From assembly GCA_045661265.1 (NCBI GenBank), contig JAZRFG010000100.1, forward strand, positions 1 through 36,234: a stretch of 36,234 nucleotides of DNA, in the 5' to 3' direction. This DNA comes from Eubacteriales bacterium. Lineage in GTDB: Bacteria > Bacillota > Clostridia > Oscillospirales > CAG-272. Numbering within the stretch: position 1 is the stretch's first letter; every line of letters starts with the position of its first letter. Positions 9,748 through 17,899 of this stretch are shown one piece after another. The position numbers were made by a program, and so were the translations under genes. A model generated the notes under the pieces. The model was not told the DNA's origin and did not search any database. It saw only the letters and a program-made list of their open reading frames with translations.

Positions 9748-10270
9748 GTGCGTCGCTCCAATCAAAGCGCGTCAGCGCCCCCGCCTCTTGTAAGTCGGCA
9801 AAATCGCTCTGGCGCAGGATCTCGTATACCGCGATCGCAACCGAGTTGGAAAGGTTCAAGCTGCGCAAGCTCTCGCGCATCGGGATGCGGACGCAGTGCG
9901 AGCGGTTGGCAAACAGCAGCTCCTCGGGCAGCCCCGCGCTCTCCTTGCCGAACATAATAAACACCTCGTCGGGATAGGTGATCTCAGTATAACAGCGGGG
10001 CGCCTTGGTGGTGAAATAGTAGATAGTCGCACCCTCGTGGCGGGACATAAAATCGGAAAGCCCATCATAATAGGTGATGTTCAGCTTGTCCCAGTAATCA
10101 AGGCCGGCGCGCTTGAGCTTTTTGTCGTCGATCTCAAAGCCCATCGGGCGAATGAGGTGCAGCGACGCGCCCGTGGCGGCGCAGGTGCGCGCAATGTTAC
10201 CCGTATTTTGCGGAATCTCCGGCTCCAGTAGTACGATGTGAATTTTAGACACGTTTTTTCTCGCTTTCAC
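9737..10270 (-). CDS. trmL: tRNA (cytidine/uridine(34)-2'-O)-methyltransferase TrmL (SpoU/TrmH superfamily)
   Basis: IHIVLLEPEIPQNTGNIARTC is the typical TrmL N-terminus, and the ~170-aa size fits. The start is GTG 10270 or GTG 10252 and remains unresolved. Confidence 0.85.
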   Translation of the reverse strand: MKARKNVSKIHIVLLEPEIPQNTGNIARTCAATGASLHLIRPMGFEIDDKKLKRAGLDYWDKLNITYYDGLSDFMSRHEGATIYYFTTKAPRCYTEITYPDEVFIMFGKESAGLPEELLFANRSHCVRIPMRESLRSLNLSNSVAIAVYEILRQSDFADLQEAGALTRFDWSDAHEG

Positions 10271-10284
10271 TCGGTATTAGCACC

Positions 10285-10313
10285 ATTATAGCCGATTTTG
10301 CGCGCGTTCGCAA
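10285..10313 (-). promoter_or_regulatory. Candidate sigma-A promoter for the trmL-mnmA-deacetylase-PHP operon
   Basis: On the - strand this reads TTGCGA, a 17-nt spacer, then TATAAT. It lies about 15 nt upstream of GTG 10270. Confidence 0.45.
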
Positions 10314-10329
10314 GAGCTTGGAAAATTAT

Positions 10330-10358
10330 TTGCAAATTTTTTCGGTAAAGTATAGAAT
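10330..10358 (+). promoter_or_regulatory. Candidate sigma-A promoter for secA
   Basis: TTGCAA (10330-10335), a 17-nt spacer, then TAGAAT (10353-10358), in the AT-rich divergent intergenic region. A second TATAAT at 10376-10381 is an alternative -10 element. Confidence 0.4.
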
Positions 10359-10409
10359 TTTATATTAAAATATAGTATAATAAATGCACTATTGTTTTGG
10401 AGGACACTT

Positions 10410-13148
10410 ATGGGACTTTTCAAAAAGATCTTCGGCACGTACAGCAGCCGTCAGATCAAGAAAATAAAGCGCTTGGCAGACCGCATTGAGGCGCTTGCCC
10501 CTCACTACGAGCAATTAAGCAACGAGGAGCTCGCCGCCACCACCCCTGCACTCAAGGCACGCCTTGCGGCGGGTGAAACGCTGGACGATATCCTTTGCGA
10601 CGCCTTTGCCGCCGTGCGCGAGGCGGATGCCCGCGTGCTTGGTAAGCGCCCGTTCTACGTGCAGCTGCTGGGCGGTATCCTTTTGCATCAGGGTCGCATT
10701 GCCGAGATGAAAACGGGCGAGGGTAAGACGTTGGTCGCCACGATGCCCGCTTACCTCAATGCGCTGGCGGGGCTTGGCGTTCACGTCGTGACCGTCAACG
10801 ATTATCTGGCTCGCCGCGACAGTGAGGAAATGGGCCGCGTGTATGCCTTTATGGGTCTTTCCACGGGCGTGATCGTGCACGGCCTTACGCCGGATGAAAA
10901 GAAGGCCGCCTATAACGCCGACATCACCTACGGCACGAATAACGAGTTCGGATTTGACTATCTGCGCGACAATATGGTGGTCTACAAGAGTGATATGGTG
11001 CAGCGCGGACACGCCTTTGCCATCGTGGACGAGGTAGACTCAATCCTGATCGACGAGGCGCGTACCCCCCTTATCATTTCCGGCGCGGGTCAAAAATCCA
11101 CCGATCTTTACGAGCGCGCCGACACGCTGGTGCGCCGCATGACCAAGCTTGTGCGCAAGGAAGTGGACAACAAGGAGGAAACCGACGAGATCGAGGCGGA
11201 TTATCTGGTGGACGAGAAGGCAAGAAACGCCATTCTCACCCCCCGCGGTGCCGCCAAGGCCGAGGAATTCTTCGGGCTTGAGAACTTCAACGATCCCGCC
11301 AACTCCGAGATCGCCCATCACGTCAAGCAGGCCATTCACGCCTGGGGCGTGATGCACCGCGATGTGGATTACGTGGTAAATGAGAACGGTGTTATGATCG
11401 TGGATAGCTTCACGGGCCGTATTATGCCCGGCCGCCGCTATTCCGACGGCTTGCATCAGGCGATCGAGGCCAAAGAGGGTGTCGAGGTGCAAAAGGAGAA
11501 TCGCACGCTGGCATCCATTACCTTCCAGAATTATTTCCGTATGTACCGCAAGCTTTCGGGTATGACGGGTACGGCACTGACCGAGGATATGGAATTCCGC
11601 GAGATTTATGATCTTGACGTCGTGGAGGTGCCCACCAACAAGCCGATGATCCGCAAGGACCACAACGATTACGTTTTCAAGAACGTAAAAGGAAAATACA
11701 ACGCGATCATCGCGCAGATCGAGGAATGTCACGCCAAGGGTCAGCCCGTGCTTGTGGGTACGGTCAACGTGGACAAATCCGAGGAGCTTTCCGCAATGCT
11801 CAAGCGTCGCGGTATCGCACACAACGTGCTGAACGCCAAGCACCACGAGCGCGAGGCCGAGATCGTAGCGCAGGCAGGTAAGTACGGCGCCGTGACCATC
11901 TCCACCAATATGGCGGGACGCGGTACTGACATTATGCTCGGCGGTAATGCCGAATTTATGGCTAAGAACGAGATGCGCAAGCTGGGCGTTGACGAGGAGC
12001 TGATCGCCAATGCCACGGGCACCGTGGACGTGGCGGACGATGAGATCCGTGCTGCACGCGAGCAGTTCCACGCGCTGGTCAAGCGCTTCAAGGAGGAGAT
12101 CACACCCGAGGCCGAGCGCGTGCGCGAGGCGGGTGGCCTGTTTATTCTGGGCACCGAGCGTCACGAGAGCCGCCGTATCGACAATCAGCTGCGCGGCCGT
12201 TCGGGGCGTCAGGGCGACCCCGGTGAATCGAGATTTTTCCTCTCGCTTGAGGACGACCTTCTGCGCTTGTTCGGCGCGGGACGTCTGATGGGGCTTGTGG
12301 ATCGCCTGGGTCTTCCCGAGGATCAGCCGATCAAGGCGGGGCTTCTGAGCTCTGCGATCGAGAGCGCACAAAAGCGCATTGAGGACAGCAACTTCAAGCG
12401 CAGAAAATACGTGCTGACCTATGACGACGTGATGAATCAGCAGAGAAATCTGATCTATGCACAGCGTCGCCAGGTGCTGGACGGCGAGGACGTGAGTGAA
12501 ACGATCCGCAATATGATGCGTCTTTCCTTTGAGGAAAACGTGACCGCGTTTACCTCAAGCGAGGGGGCCGATACCTGGAACGTGGAGGCGCTGGAGGCGC
12601 AGTACGCGGGTGTTCTTTTGGAAAAAGGTGATCTTTCGCTTGAAAAGATTGCAAAATGGAAGCCCGAGCAGCTGGTGGAGTTTCTTGTAGAACGTGCTGA
12701 CGCGCGTTACGAGGCACAAAAGGCGCTGTTTGGCGAAGAGGTCTTTGCCGAGGTGCAGCGCTCCGTGCTGCTTCGCTCGGTCGACCGCCATTGGATGGAG
12801 CATCTGGATGTGATGGACGATCTCAAGGGCAGCATCGGCCTGCAATCCTATGCACAGCGCAATCCTATCACGGAATATCGCTTACAGGGTGCTGACATCT
12901 TTGACGAGATGGTGGCGGATATTCGTGCCGAAACCGTGCGCATCATTCTGTGCGCCGTGCCTCGTACCCAGCCTATCAAGCGCGAGCAGGTGGCAAAGCC
13001 TCTGAGCGAAAACCTCTCGGACGGCTCTGTTTCCAAAAAGACCGTGGTGGTGCGCAAGGCAGATCGCGTGGGACGCAACGACCTTTGCCCGTGCGGCAGC
13101 GGTAAAAAGTATAAAAAGTGCTGCGGTGCAAGTGCGGGCAGTAATTGA
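10410..13148 (+). CDS. secA: Preprotein translocase ATPase SecA
   Basis: Walker A MKTGEGKTLVA, the DEVDSILIDEARTPLIISG motif, and the C-terminal zinc-binding CPCGSGKKYKKCCG. The start is taken at ATG 10410 (GGAGG 7 nt upstream) rather than TTG 10392. Confidence 0.97.
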   Translation: MGLFKKIFGTYSSRQIKKIKRLADRIEALAPHYEQLSNEELAATTPALKARLAAGETLDDILCDAFAAVREADARVLGKRPFYVQLLGGILLHQGRIAEMKTGEGKTLVATMPAYLNALAGLGVHVVTVNDYLARRDSEEMGRVYAFMGLSTGVIVHGLTPDEKKAAYNADITYGTNNEFGFDYLRDNMVVYKSDMVQRGHAFAIVDEVDSILIDEARTPLIISGAGQKSTDLYERADTLVRRMTKLVRKEVDNKEETDEIEADYLVDEKARNAILTPRGAAKAEEFFGLENFNDPANSEIAHHVKQAIHAWGVMHRDVDYVVNENGVMIVDSFTGRIMPGRRYSDGLHQAIEAKEGVEVQKENRTLASITFQNYFRMYRKLSGMTGTALTEDMEFREIYDLDVVEVPTNKPMIRKDHNDYVFKNVKGKYNAIIAQIEECHAKGQPVLVGTVNVDKSEELSAMLKRRGIAHNVLNAKHHEREAEIVAQAGKYGAVTISTNMAGRGTDIMLGGNAEFMAKNEMRKLGVDEELIANATGTVDVADDEIRAAREQFHALVKRFKEEITPEAERVREAGGLFILGTERHESRRIDNQLRGRSGRQGDPGESRFFLSLEDDLLRLFGAGRLMGLVDRLGLPEDQPIKAGLLSSAIESAQKRIEDSNFKRRKYVLTYDDVMNQQRNLIYAQRRQVLDGEDVSETIRNMMRLSFEENVTAFTSSEGADTWNVEALEAQYAGVLLEKGDLSLEKIAKWKPEQLVEFLVERADARYEAQKALFGEEVFAEVQRSVLLRSVDRHWMEHLDVMDDLKGSIGLQSYAQRNPITEYRLQGADIFDEMVADIRAETVRIILCAVPRTQPIKREQVAKPLSENLSDGSVSKKTVVVRKADRVGRNDLCPCGSGKKYKKCCGASAGSN

Positions 13149-13176
13149 TTTTTAAGTGAAGAAGGAGGGAGAATAA

Positions 13177-13809
13177 ATGGGCTTTGGTTGGCTTTTGGTG
13201 GGATATTTCTTTGTGGCGGTCATGGCGATCTATTCGCCGCTGTCCTTTGCCATGCTGGCGGGCTATCCCATGATGATCTATGGGCTTTATCAGCTGGCAC
13301 CCTATCATCGCTATTTCCGCGTGAGCTTCTTTTTCTCCTTCCTTTCCTTGCCCTTTGCGGGATATTACGCGCTTTACGGTCTTGGCCAAATGGGATTTTC
13401 CATGCCGAGCGTGGGCGCGATCTTTGCCGGTGTGGAATGGGTCTATTTCGTGTTCTCGCTGCTCTTTATGGCGCTTTTGCTTTTCGCAATCTTTTCCTTG
13501 TGCCGCGAGCTGCAGCATGCGCGGCTTTTGGCCGGCGCAACACGCGCTTTGAGCTTTTTCGCGCTGGCACAGGCGGTGGATCTTACGGGACGGCTGCCCA
13601 TTTCCTTTGTTCAGGAAAATCAGGGCTATTTTGCGCTGCCCGCGGTGCTGCTGCGCCTGATCGTTATCTTTTTGAATCTGTATCTGATCTATCAATGTTA
13701 TCGCTACATCTGCCCGCAGGGCGAGGAATTCTCGCATCTGCGCGCGGATAAACACATTCAGAAGCTGAAAAATGAAGCCGAGGGAGGGAATAGGAATGCA
13801 AGCAACTAA
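13177..13809 (+). CDS. Uncharacterised polytopic membrane protein (210 aa)
   Basis: Strong SD (AAGGAGGGAG) upstream of the ATG. The protein has about 5-6 hydrophobic helices rich in F/Y/L and a charged C-terminal tail. I recognise no family motif. It starts 28 nt after the secA stop with no terminator in between. Confidence 0.75.
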   Translation: MGFGWLLVGYFFVAVMAIYSPLSFAMLAGYPMMIYGLYQLAPYHRYFRVSFFFSFLSLPFAGYYALYGLGQMGFSMPSVGAIFAGVEWVYFVFSLLFMALLLFAIFSLCRELQHARLLAGATRALSFFALAQAVDLTGRLPISFVQENQGYFALPAVLLRLIVIFLNLYLIYQCYRYICPQGEEFSHLRADKHIQKLKNEAEGGNRNASN

Positions 13810-15202
13810 GACTGAACGACCGATGAGCTTCACACTTGTCGCACTGGGATTGTGCTTTTTCTTCAACCCCTATTTTGCCGTGCTGGATCTTTTTCCCGAC
13901 TTTATCGGTTGTTTTTTGATCTGGCTTGGTCTTTCCCGCGTTTCCCGCATCAATGCCGTGATGCAGGAGGCAAGAGTGGCGTTTTTGAAGCTTTTGGCGG
14001 TATGTGTGGGCAAGGATCTCATTGTACTGATGACCTTTGGCTCGTCTGCGAGCGGCGAGCGCCCTGTGGCGCTGCTACTGATCTCCTTTGTGGGCGCGCT
14101 TCTTACGCTTTGGCTTGCTTACGGCGCCTTGCATGCGCTCTTTGACGGCTTTTACGGTCTTTCGGCAAAAGAGGGATGCAGCGCACTTTATGCCAATTGC
14201 AAAAAGCAGGGCGCGGAGCGCTCGCGCACCGAGATCATGCTGCGCCGCGCGATGATCTTTCTTGTTTTGCGCGAGGTGATGGGCGTTTTGCCTGAAATTT
14301 CTTCGCTCTCCATCACGCTTTTCTATCTCCAGCCGGGGCACATCAATATGTACGATTACGTCGGTTTGATGCGCGCGCTTTCCTTTCTTGTGGTGCTTGG
14401 CGGCGGAATTTTTTATTTGGTCGCCGTATTGCGCTATTTCAGTGTGGTGCGAAAGGAGCGCGATTTTTGCGTGCGGCTGGCGCAAAAGGAGCGCGAGTTT
14501 TCTGCGGCACATCCCGGTAACGCCGTCGAGCGCCGTTATCGTCTTGCCTTTTTGCTGCTGTCGATCGGCACGTTTTTGCTTACCGATTTTTACATTGACT
14601 TCTTCAACGTGATCCCGGATGCCATCGGCGCGGCATTTTTGTTGGCAGGCATCCTGCTCACCGACCTTACCCATAATCAAAAGCTGCTGTGCGGCATCGG
14701 CGCGGGTGTCTATGGGGTGGTGGCAACACTTTCCTCCTATTTCGCGTACTTCTTTGCCACAAAGCACAGCATCGGTGAGATCGGTAAGACAAAAGAGGGC
14801 ACAAGTGCCTATCAGTGGATGTGGGGAAGCGCACTTTTTGAAATGCTGGTTTTCCTTGCCGTGCTGGTGATTTTCCTGCTCGCGTTGCGACGCGTGATCG
14901 ACAAATGGACGGGATACGTGGCAGAGAGAGGGGATTCCGAGTTTGAAAAGCGCCGCCGCACGGCGTTTTTAGAGGAGTTTGACGGTGTGCTGATCCGCAC
15001 CTTTGTATTTGGGCTGATTGCCGCGATCTCCTCTTTCGTTTACGACTATATGAAGATCATTCCGGGCGGCAAATGGTTCCGCATTCTTGAATTTTTCTGG
15101 GCTTTTGATTTCTGTATGAGCTTGCTTTTCGCCACGCTTTTTGCCACGCTACTTGGCAGCATTCTGCAGGGCATCAAGCAGCGCTTTGAATATGACGCGT
15201 GA
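13796..15202 (+). CDS. Uncharacterised polytopic membrane protein (468 aa) with an internal duplication
   Basis: The start is taken at ATG 13796 (GGAGGGAATAGGA upstream), which overlaps the previous gene's end by 14 nt. There are many TM helices. The motif (F/I)PD(F/A)IG occurs twice, as LDLFPDFIGCFLIWLGL and FNVIPDAIGAAFLLAGILL. Confidence 0.75.
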   Translation: MQATKTERPMSFTLVALGLCFFFNPYFAVLDLFPDFIGCFLIWLGLSRVSRINAVMQEARVAFLKLLAVCVGKDLIVLMTFGSSASGERPVALLLISFVGALLTLWLAYGALHALFDGFYGLSAKEGCSALYANCKKQGAERSRTEIMLRRAMIFLVLREVMGVLPEISSLSITLFYLQPGHINMYDYVGLMRALSFLVVLGGGIFYLVAVLRYFSVVRKERDFCVRLAQKEREFSAAHPGNAVERRYRLAFLLLSIGTFLLTDFYIDFFNVIPDAIGAAFLLAGILLTDLTHNQKLLCGIGAGVYGVVATLSSYFAYFFATKHSIGEIGKTKEGTSAYQWMWGSALFEMLVFLAVLVIFLLALRRVIDKWTGYVAERGDSEFEKRRRTAFLEEFDGVLIRTFVFGLIAAISSFVYDYMKIIPGGKWFRILEFFWAFDFCMSLLFATLFATLLGSILQGIKQRFEYDA

Positions 15203-15274
15203 ATAATGCATGCTGCGCGCGCACACACTATGGAGGCGGATTTTCCCGCCAATAAAACTATAAGGAGAGCGCAA

Positions 15275-15421
15275 ATGCAAGAGCGTAATCAGCAAAACCA
15301 GAACCAGAACGAGCAAAATCAGAATAAGAATCAGAACAAGAACCAAAACAACCAGAATAATCAAAACAACCAGAACAATCAAAACAACAAGAACGAGCAA
15401 AAGAAGAGCCCCCGTTCTTGA
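15275..15421 (+). CDS. 48-aa Asn/Gln-rich microprotein (MQERNQQNQNQNEQNQNKNQNKNQNNQNNQNNQNNQNNKNEQKKSPRS)
   Basis: SD AAGGAGAG (15262-15269) lies 5 nt upstream of ATG 15275. The peptide has 20 Asn and 14 Gln in 48 residues. Synonymous codons (AAC/AAT, CAG/CAA) are mixed, which suggests constraint at the protein level. A hairpin follows the stop. Whether it is translated is untested. Confidence 0.55.
   Translation: MQERNQQNQNQNEQNQNKNQNKNQNNQNNQNNQNNQNNKNEQKKSPRS
15287..15394 (+). repeat. Degenerate 6/9-nt tandem repeat (CAR-AAY units) encoding (QN)n and (NNQ)n
   Basis: Direct reading gives cagaac cagaac ... aaccagaat aatcaaaac aaccagaac aatcaaaac. The repeat is imperfect at the DNA level but regular at the amino-acid level. 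Confidence 0.9.
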
Positions 15422-15428
15422 TGCTTCA

Positions 15429-15455
15429 AGGAGCCGGAGTATTCCGGCTCTCCTT
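15429..15455 (+). terminator. Hairpin (weak terminator or attenuator) between the QN microprotein gene and pcrA
   Basis: GGAGCCGGA, a GTAT loop, then TCCGGCTCT, followed by a C/T-rich tract (CCTTTCCCTT). The U-tract is poor, so read-through into pcrA is plausible. Confidence 0.5.
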
Positions 15456-15484
15456 TCCCTTAACCTTACGCACAGGAGAGTAGT

Positions 15485-17887
15485 ATGACCGACCTTCAAA
15501 ATCGCTATCTGCTTGCCAAGCGCGCGCTTTTCGATCGCTATTACCGCGATCTCAACGACCGCCAGCGCGAGGCAGTGTATCATATTCACGACCCGCTTTT
15601 GATCCTTGCGGGCGCGGGAAGCGGAAAAACCACGGTGCTGGTGCGCCGTATCGCGTACATCATTCGCTTTGGTAACGCTTACCACAGCAATTACGTGCCC
15701 TTTGATTTGGACGAGCATACCGTTACGGGTCTTGAAAAGGCGATAAGTGCCCCGATGAGTGCCCAGATGCTGGAGCAGGTCCTGCTGCAATTTTCCGCCG
15801 ACGCCACGGCGCCTTATCGCATTCTGGCGATCACCTTTACCAACAAGGCGGCGGGGGAGATGAAATCCCGTCTTGCCGCTGCATTCCCCGATGCGCCCGA
15901 TGTTGCCGCAGATCTGTGGGTGGGTACCTTCCACTCGATCTGTATGCGGATCCTGCGCCGTCATCGTGCCGAGGCGGGATTGGAGGACAATTTCACCGTT
16001 TACGATACCGACGACAGCAAAAAGGCCCTGCAGGCCGTGATGCGCGCCCTCAACGTGGACGATAAGATGATGCCCATCAAGACCGTGATGAATGCGATCA
16101 GCCGCGCCAAGGATCGTTTGATCTCGCCGGACGATTTTCTTTCGGAATTCGGCAACGAATTTCCCAAGCCCCTTATCCAAAAGATCTACGCAGCATATCA
16201 GAAGCGCTTGTCGGATTCCAACGCGCTGGATTTTGACGATATCATCTTCCGCACGGTTTCTCTGCTGGAGGAAAATGCCGAGATCCGCAATTTGTATCAG
16301 CGTCGCTTCCGTTACGTGTCGGTGGACGAGTATCAGGACACCAACGTGGCACAGTTCCGCCTGACGGCGCTTTTGTCGGCAGGCAGCAACAATCTGATGG
16401 TGGTGGGTGACGATGACCAAAGCATTTATCGCTTCCGCGGCGCTACCATCGAAAATATCCGCAATTTTACCAAGGTGTTCAAGGACGCCACCATTGTGCG
16501 ATTGGAGCAGAACTATCGCTCGACACAAAATATTTTGGATGCTGCCAATGCCGTGATCTCGCACAACAGCAAGGACGCGGCGATGAAAAAGGTGCTTTGG
16601 ACGGATCACGGCGCCGGCACCAAGATCCGCGTGCTCAATCCTGAAAATCAAAATGCAGAGGCGCGTACTATCATCGACGAGATCCAAAAGCAGGTGCGCG
16701 ACGGCAAGCAATACCGCGATTTTGCCGTGCTTTTCCGCACGAATGCACAATCTCAGGCGCTGGAAAGCGCCTTTGCTCGCAGCGGCGTGCCGTATCGCAT
16801 GCTGGGCGGCGTGCGCTTCTCTGACCGCAAGGAAATTCGTGACATTGTTGCTTACTTACAGCTAATCGACAATCATGCCGATAAAGAGCGCCTTTTGCGC
16901 ATCGTCAACGAGCCGCGTCGCGGTCTTGGTGATAAGACCCTTGCCGCGGTAGAGGAGATCGCCAATTACGAGGGGTGCAGTATGTTTTCCGTAATGGAGC
17001 GCGCGGCATCCTACGTGGCACTTTCTCGCAGCGCAAAGACCTTGATGGATTTTGCTGCGCTCATCAACGCGCTCACCGCCCGTCTTGATGAGATCCCGCT
17101 GGATCGCTTTGTGGACGAGGTGCTGGATCGCACAGGTTATCGCCAAATGATCCGCGATATGGGCAAGGAGGAGGCGGATCGCCTGGACAACCTGGAGGAA
17201 TTTATTTCGGGCGTGATCCAATACCAAGAGGAGGCAGAGGAGCCTTCTCTCACCGAATTTTTGGAGGTTACGGCACTGGTTGCCGACGTGGATCGCTATG
17301 ACGATAGTGCCGATGCGGTGGTACTGATGACGATTCATAGTGCCAAGGGTCTGGAATTCCCACAGGTATTCTTGCCCGGCTTTGAGGACGGCATTTTTCC
17401 CGGGATGCAGACCGTGATGGCGGGTCCTGAGGAGATCGAAGAGGAGCGCCGCCTTGCCTACGTGGCGATCACGCGCGCCAAGGAAACACTTTGTATTCTG
17501 CACGCGCAAAACCGTATGCTTTACGGTCGTACGAGCTATAACCCCGCCTCCCGTTTTTTGCAGGAGATCCCCGAAGAGCTGCTGGACCGTCCTGCAAAGC
17601 CGCAAAGACAAGCAACTCCTTACAGCTTTGGCACCGCCGGCACACCGAATCGCCCTGCACATTCCGTGGCTACCGAGCGCAGCTCGATTGCTGCACGTCC
17701 CGCGTCGCCCGCACCTCAAAAGCGCGAGACCCTGTGTGCAGGGGATCGCGTTAAGCATGCCACCTTTGGCGAGGGAACTGTCCTTTCGGTCCAAAGGATC
17801 GCGGCGGACACGCTTTACGAGATTGCCTTTGATCGCGTCGGAACCAAAAAACTGATGCAAACCTATGCCAAATTGCAAAAGGTGTGA
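15485..17887 (+). CDS. pcrA: ATP-dependent DNA helicase PcrA (UvrD/Rep superfamily 1)
   Basis: Walker A AGAGSGKTTV, the VDEYQDTN motif, TFHS, VGDDDQSIYRFRGA, NYRST, and C-terminal TIHSAKGLEF and VAITRAK motifs. SD AGGAGAG lies upstream. Confidence 0.95.
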   Translation: MTDLQNRYLLAKRALFDRYYRDLNDRQREAVYHIHDPLLILAGAGSGKTTVLVRRIAYIIRFGNAYHSNYVPFDLDEHTVTGLEKAISAPMSAQMLEQVLLQFSADATAPYRILAITFTNKAAGEMKSRLAAAFPDAPDVAADLWVGTFHSICMRILRRHRAEAGLEDNFTVYDTDDSKKALQAVMRALNVDDKMMPIKTVMNAISRAKDRLISPDDFLSEFGNEFPKPLIQKIYAAYQKRLSDSNALDFDDIIFRTVSLLEENAEIRNLYQRRFRYVSVDEYQDTNVAQFRLTALLSAGSNNLMVVGDDDQSIYRFRGATIENIRNFTKVFKDATIVRLEQNYRSTQNILDAANAVISHNSKDAAMKKVLWTDHGAGTKIRVLNPENQNAEARTIIDEIQKQVRDGKQYRDFAVLFRTNAQSQALESAFARSGVPYRMLGGVRFSDRKEIRDIVAYLQLIDNHADKERLLRIVNEPRRGLGDKTLAAVEEIANYEGCSMFSVMERAASYVALSRSAKTLMDFAALINALTARLDEIPLDRFVDEVLDRTGYRQMIRDMGKEEADRLDNLEEFISGVIQYQEEAEEPSLTEFLEVTALVADVDRYDDSADAVVLMTIHSAKGLEFPQVFLPGFEDGIFPGMQTVMAGPEEIEEERRLAYVAITRAKETLCILHAQNRMLYGRTSYNPASRFLQEIPEELLDRPAKPQRQATPYSFGTAGTPNRPAHSVATERSSIAARPASPAPQKRETLCAGDRVKHATFGEGTVLSVQRIAADTLYEIAFDRVGTKKLMQTYAKLQKV

Positions 17888-17899
17888 TGCGGAGGGAAA

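Noticed and set aside
10351-10385. AT-only inverted repeat ATTTTA-TAT-TAAAAT and related symmetry upstream of secA.
   Set aside because: A 6-bp A/T palindrome inside an AT-rich promoter region is expected by chance.
13188-13751. Alternative-frame 187-aa ORF overlapping the 210-aa membrane protein gene.
   Set aside because: It has no SD and a Gly/Ala/Arg-rich composition typical of an off-frame reading. The 13177 frame has a strong SD and coherent TM helices.
10410-15202. The idea that secA plus the downstream membrane proteins form an accessory SecA2/SecY2-type export system for a low-complexity substrate.
   Set aside because: This SecA has all canonical SecA1 features, including the C-terminal zinc finger. 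There is no secY2, asp or glycosyltransferase gene. The Q/N microprotein has no signal peptide. I kept this only as a loose analogy.
15206-15274. The longer 71-aa version of the Asn/Gln ORF, starting at ATG 15206.
   Set aside because: ATG 15206 sits 4 nt after the preceding gene's stop and has no SD. ATG 15275 has AAGGAGAG at ideal spacing.
15149-15430. The antisense strand of the Asn/Gln repeat encodes an extremely hydrophobic run (LLLLVLVVLIVLVVLIILVVLVLVLILILILLVLVLVLLITLL) that looks like a type I toxin or TM peptide.
   Set aside because: This is the automatic complement of (CAR/AAY)n codons. There is no ATG and no correctly spaced SD upstream of the hydrophobic run on the - strand. The frame is only open as part of the 533-aa shadow ORF opposite pcrA. 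A TTG or CTG start cannot be excluded without expression data.
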